Positions 11,200 to 13,621 of a stretch of DNA of 13,621 nucleotides are shown here, in pieces. The stretch's first letter is position 1. Every line of letters begins with the position of its first letter. The notes under the pieces were generated by a model. That model searched no databases. It saw only the letters and a list, made by a program, of their open reading frames with translations, and was not told the origin of the DNA. The position numbers and the translations under genes are program-made. Where the stretch lies: the sequence record JALIHJ010000106.1, one strand, 5' to 3'.

Positions 11200-12626
11200 A
11201 ACAAGATTTGATTCTGGTTTTGGATGAACGCTAGTAAGACACATTACACATGCAAGTTGAATGATAATTTAGTTTATTTGTAATGAATTTTAAATTATCA
11301 TGGCGTGTTGGGTGAGTAGAACATGAGAACTTACCTTTAAAAACGATCAAATATCAAAAATTTTTTTTTTAAAGATAGGCTCATGCAAGATTAGGTAGTT
11401 GGTGGGATAATGGCTACACCAAGCCCGCGATCTTTAGCTGTTATGATCGTTTGAACAGCCACATGGGGTATGAGAAGACCCTGCCAACGGCAGCAGTGTG
11501 GAATATTAGACAATTAACGAAAGTTAGATCTAGTGATCTTACGGGGGTGAAGAACGCTATGATAGCCGTAAATCCTTGTCGTAAAATATAATAATGCTAT
11601 TATATTTACCAAGAAGCACTGACTAATCATGTGCCAGCAGTCGCGGTAATACATGGGGTGCGAGCGTTATCCAGAATAACTAGGCGTAAAGGACGAGTAG
11701 GCAGTTAAAAAAAAAAATTTTTAACTAGAGTCAACTATAGGTTAGCGGTACTTTTTATCTAGCGGTAAAGTGCTTACAGATTAAATAGACCTCCAAAAGC
11801 CACGGCAGCTTTCTAGCGTTGACTGACGCTGAGGCGTTAAAGCGTGGGGAGCAAACAGGATTAGAGACCCTGGTAGTCCACGCCCTGAATTATGAGTATT
11901 AAATGCTGAATTGCATTAACGTTAACGCTTAAATACTCCGCCTGGGGACAACAACCGCAAGGTTTAAACTTAAAGAAATTGGCGGGAATTCGTTTTAACG
12001 GTGAAACATGCGTCTTAATTTGACAATACACCAAAAACCTTACCAGTTTCAGTATGTTAGGTATAAAAATCTAATTAATTACATAACATACTTAGGTTTT
12101 GCATGGCTGTCGTCAGTTCGTGCTGTGAGGTGTTAGGTTAAGTCCTAAACGAATGTAATTCTTTTTGCTCTTTTTTTTCTTTACTCTGTAAAAAAAAAGA
12201 TTGCAAAAACACTTTAGTTTTTATTAACTAAAGTGTTAGAAGGAAGGAAGTCAAGTCAGTATGGACCTTATAAACTGGGCTGAGCGCGTGTTGCAAAGGT
12301 AACTACAATAAGATACGACAGCGCAAGCTAGAGTAAATCACTAAAGGTTATCGTAGTTCAGATTATTCTTTGCAATAAGAATAAAAAGCAGGAACCGTTA
12401 GTAATCGCGTATTAGGATGACGCGGTGAAATACTAACACGAATTTTGCACACACCGCCCATCACGCTCGAAAAGGTAGTATTGCCAAACAGCAAAGCCTT
12501 CTTATTTATTATTATTTTTCGTAATTAAACCAATAATAATAATAAATATCGGTGCTACTGGTAATATCACTAATTTGAGTGAAGTTGTAACAAGGTACTG
12601 GTAGGGGAACCTGCTTGTGGAGTAAA
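11200..12626 (+). rRNA. rns: Mitochondrial small-subunit (16S-like) rRNA
   Basis: Conserved 16S blocks appear in order. The 5' end is agatttgattctggttttggatgaacgct...acacatgcaagt (11204 onward) and the 530 loop is gtgccagcagtcgcggtaatac (11631-11652). Then come aacaggattagagaccctggtagtccacgcc (11854-11884), aaacttaaagaaattggcggg (~11966), gcatggctgtcgtcagttcgtg (12101-12123) and the decoding site gcacacaccgcccatcac (12447-12464). The 3' end is aagttgtaacaaggtactggtaggggaacctgc (12583-12614). Ends are approximate. Confidence 0.9.
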
Positions 12627-12751
12627 CACTACTAATAAACTAGTATGTATTGTTATAAGTGGATCAGTATAATTTTACTAGCTATGATATTATTTTTATA
12701 ATAAGTATTTTAATTTTGTGAATTTCTGCATTTTCGTATAACAGTTTAATT

Positions 12752-13156
12752 ATGCAAATAGTGTTTCGGTATTGTTATATTTTTGCATACTTGCCTGATA
12801 GTAAAGTAACTTTGTTATATGAGTCAGATGATTTTCGGTTAGCCCACTCATTATACTGTGATATTAAACAAAAATTATCTAAAAACCTAAAAATAGACGA
12901 AACCCGGCACGTGCTATTAGCTCCAATTAATGATATGGATTATTATAACCCATTTTGCCTTAATCGACGTAAACTGGAATTGGCGCGTTTCTATTATAAT
13001 TTATTATTCGTTCCGTCTCGAACATGGGAATATGTTGAATATTCTTGGGGTAGCTTATCTTTTCAAGTTTGAGAAGACTCGAATGCTTTTAAATTTTATG
13101 TTCATATTTACTTACACTCAGATAACGGGTCCAGTACAGTTTGATTCTACTTGTAG
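12752..13156 (+). CDS. Hypothetical protein, 134 codons, subtelomeric orphan ORF
   Basis: Frame 2 runs from ATG 12752 to TAG 13154-13156, with two in-frame TGA codons (13070, 13142) extending track ORF 12752-13072. The predicted product is not obviously membrane-embedded (DETRHVLLAPINDMDYYNPFCLNRRKLELARFYY). The stop lies 1 nt before the first repeat-matching base of the terminal array. I recognise no family motif. Confidence 0.4.
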
Positions 13157-13157
13157 G

Positions 13158-13621
13158 TACTCTGGCTACTCTGGCACACTGGCTACTCTGGCACACTGGC
13201 TACTCTGGCACACTGGCTACTCTGGCACACTGGCTACTCTGGCACACTGGCTACTCTGGCACACTGGCTACTCTGGCACACTGGCTACTCTGGCACACTG
13301 GCTACTCTGGCACACTGGCTACTCTGGCACACTGGCTACTCTGGCACACTGGCTACTCTGGCACACTGGCTACTCTGGCACACTGGCTACTCTGGCACAC
13401 TGGCTACTCTGGCACACTGGCTACTCTGGCACACTGGCTACTCTGGCACACTGGCTACTCTGGCACACTGGCTACTCTGGCACACTGGCTACTCTGGCAC
13501 ACTGGCTACTCTGGCACACTGGCTACTCTGGCACACTGGCTACTCTGGCACACTGGCTACTCTGGCACACTGGCTACTCTGGCACACTGGCTACTCTGGC
13601 ACACTGGCTACTCTGGCACGT
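13158..13621 (+). repeat. Terminal tandem repeat array: 17-nt unit CTGGCTACTCTGGCACA, ~27 copies, telomere-like end of a linear mitochondrial DNA
   Basis: I read the array row by row. Period 17 is perfect from 13158 (a partial tact lead-in; the first full unit is 13162-13178) through 13619. Only the last two bases (13620 g, 13621 t) differ from the expected a, c. The unit is two related half-repeats, CTGGCTACT and CTGGCACA. There are no spacers, and the array runs to the window end. Confidence 0.95.

Noticed and set aside
12208-12548. Hairpin aacactttag...ctaaagtgtt (12208-12237) and AT-rich inverted repeat ttatttattattatt / aataataataataaata (12503-12548)
   Set aside because: Both fall at positions of variable SSU rRNA helices; the second is the distal part of helix 44, between the decoding site and the 3' end. 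They are structural rRNA stems and not regulatory or mobile elements.
13158-13621. CRISPR array or internal minisatellite
   Set aside because: The units are directly adjacent with no spacers, the period is only 17 nt, and the array runs to the sequence end in an organellar context. A telomeric tandem repeat explains it better.

Overview
This window looks like the terminal ~13.6 kb of a linear mitochondrial chromosome, most consistent with a ciliate. TGA must be read as Trp (translation table 4). The supplied ORF track treats TGA as a stop, so it cuts every real gene into pieces. Re-read with TGA=Trp, the window is one tightly packed, single-strand (+) gene array running toward a chromosome end. 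The order is: cox2 (its frame is open to window base 1), a 319-codon orphan membrane ORF, nad5, cox1, a 113-codon orphan ORF, a 473-codon divergent cox3-like ORF, large-subunit rRNA, tRNA-Trp(UCA), small-subunit rRNA, a 134-codon subtelomeric orphan ORF, and about 27 perfect copies of a 17-nt tandem repeat running to the last base (a telomere-like array). Spacers between protein genes are 2-19 nt, and every stop is TAA or TAG. cox1, cox2 and the cox3-like ORF each carry a large in-frame insertion relative to canonical homologues, which is typical of ciliates. No minus-strand gene, CRISPR array, transposon or intron is supported. The items most worth follow-up are the telomeric array and the ORF abutting it, the unbroken 705-codon frame that joins a T-rich low-complexity region to cox2, the cox3-like assignment, and the relatively GC-rich, Trp-rich orphan ORF at 2135-3094. 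All protein identities come from motif recognition by eye; no database search was possible.
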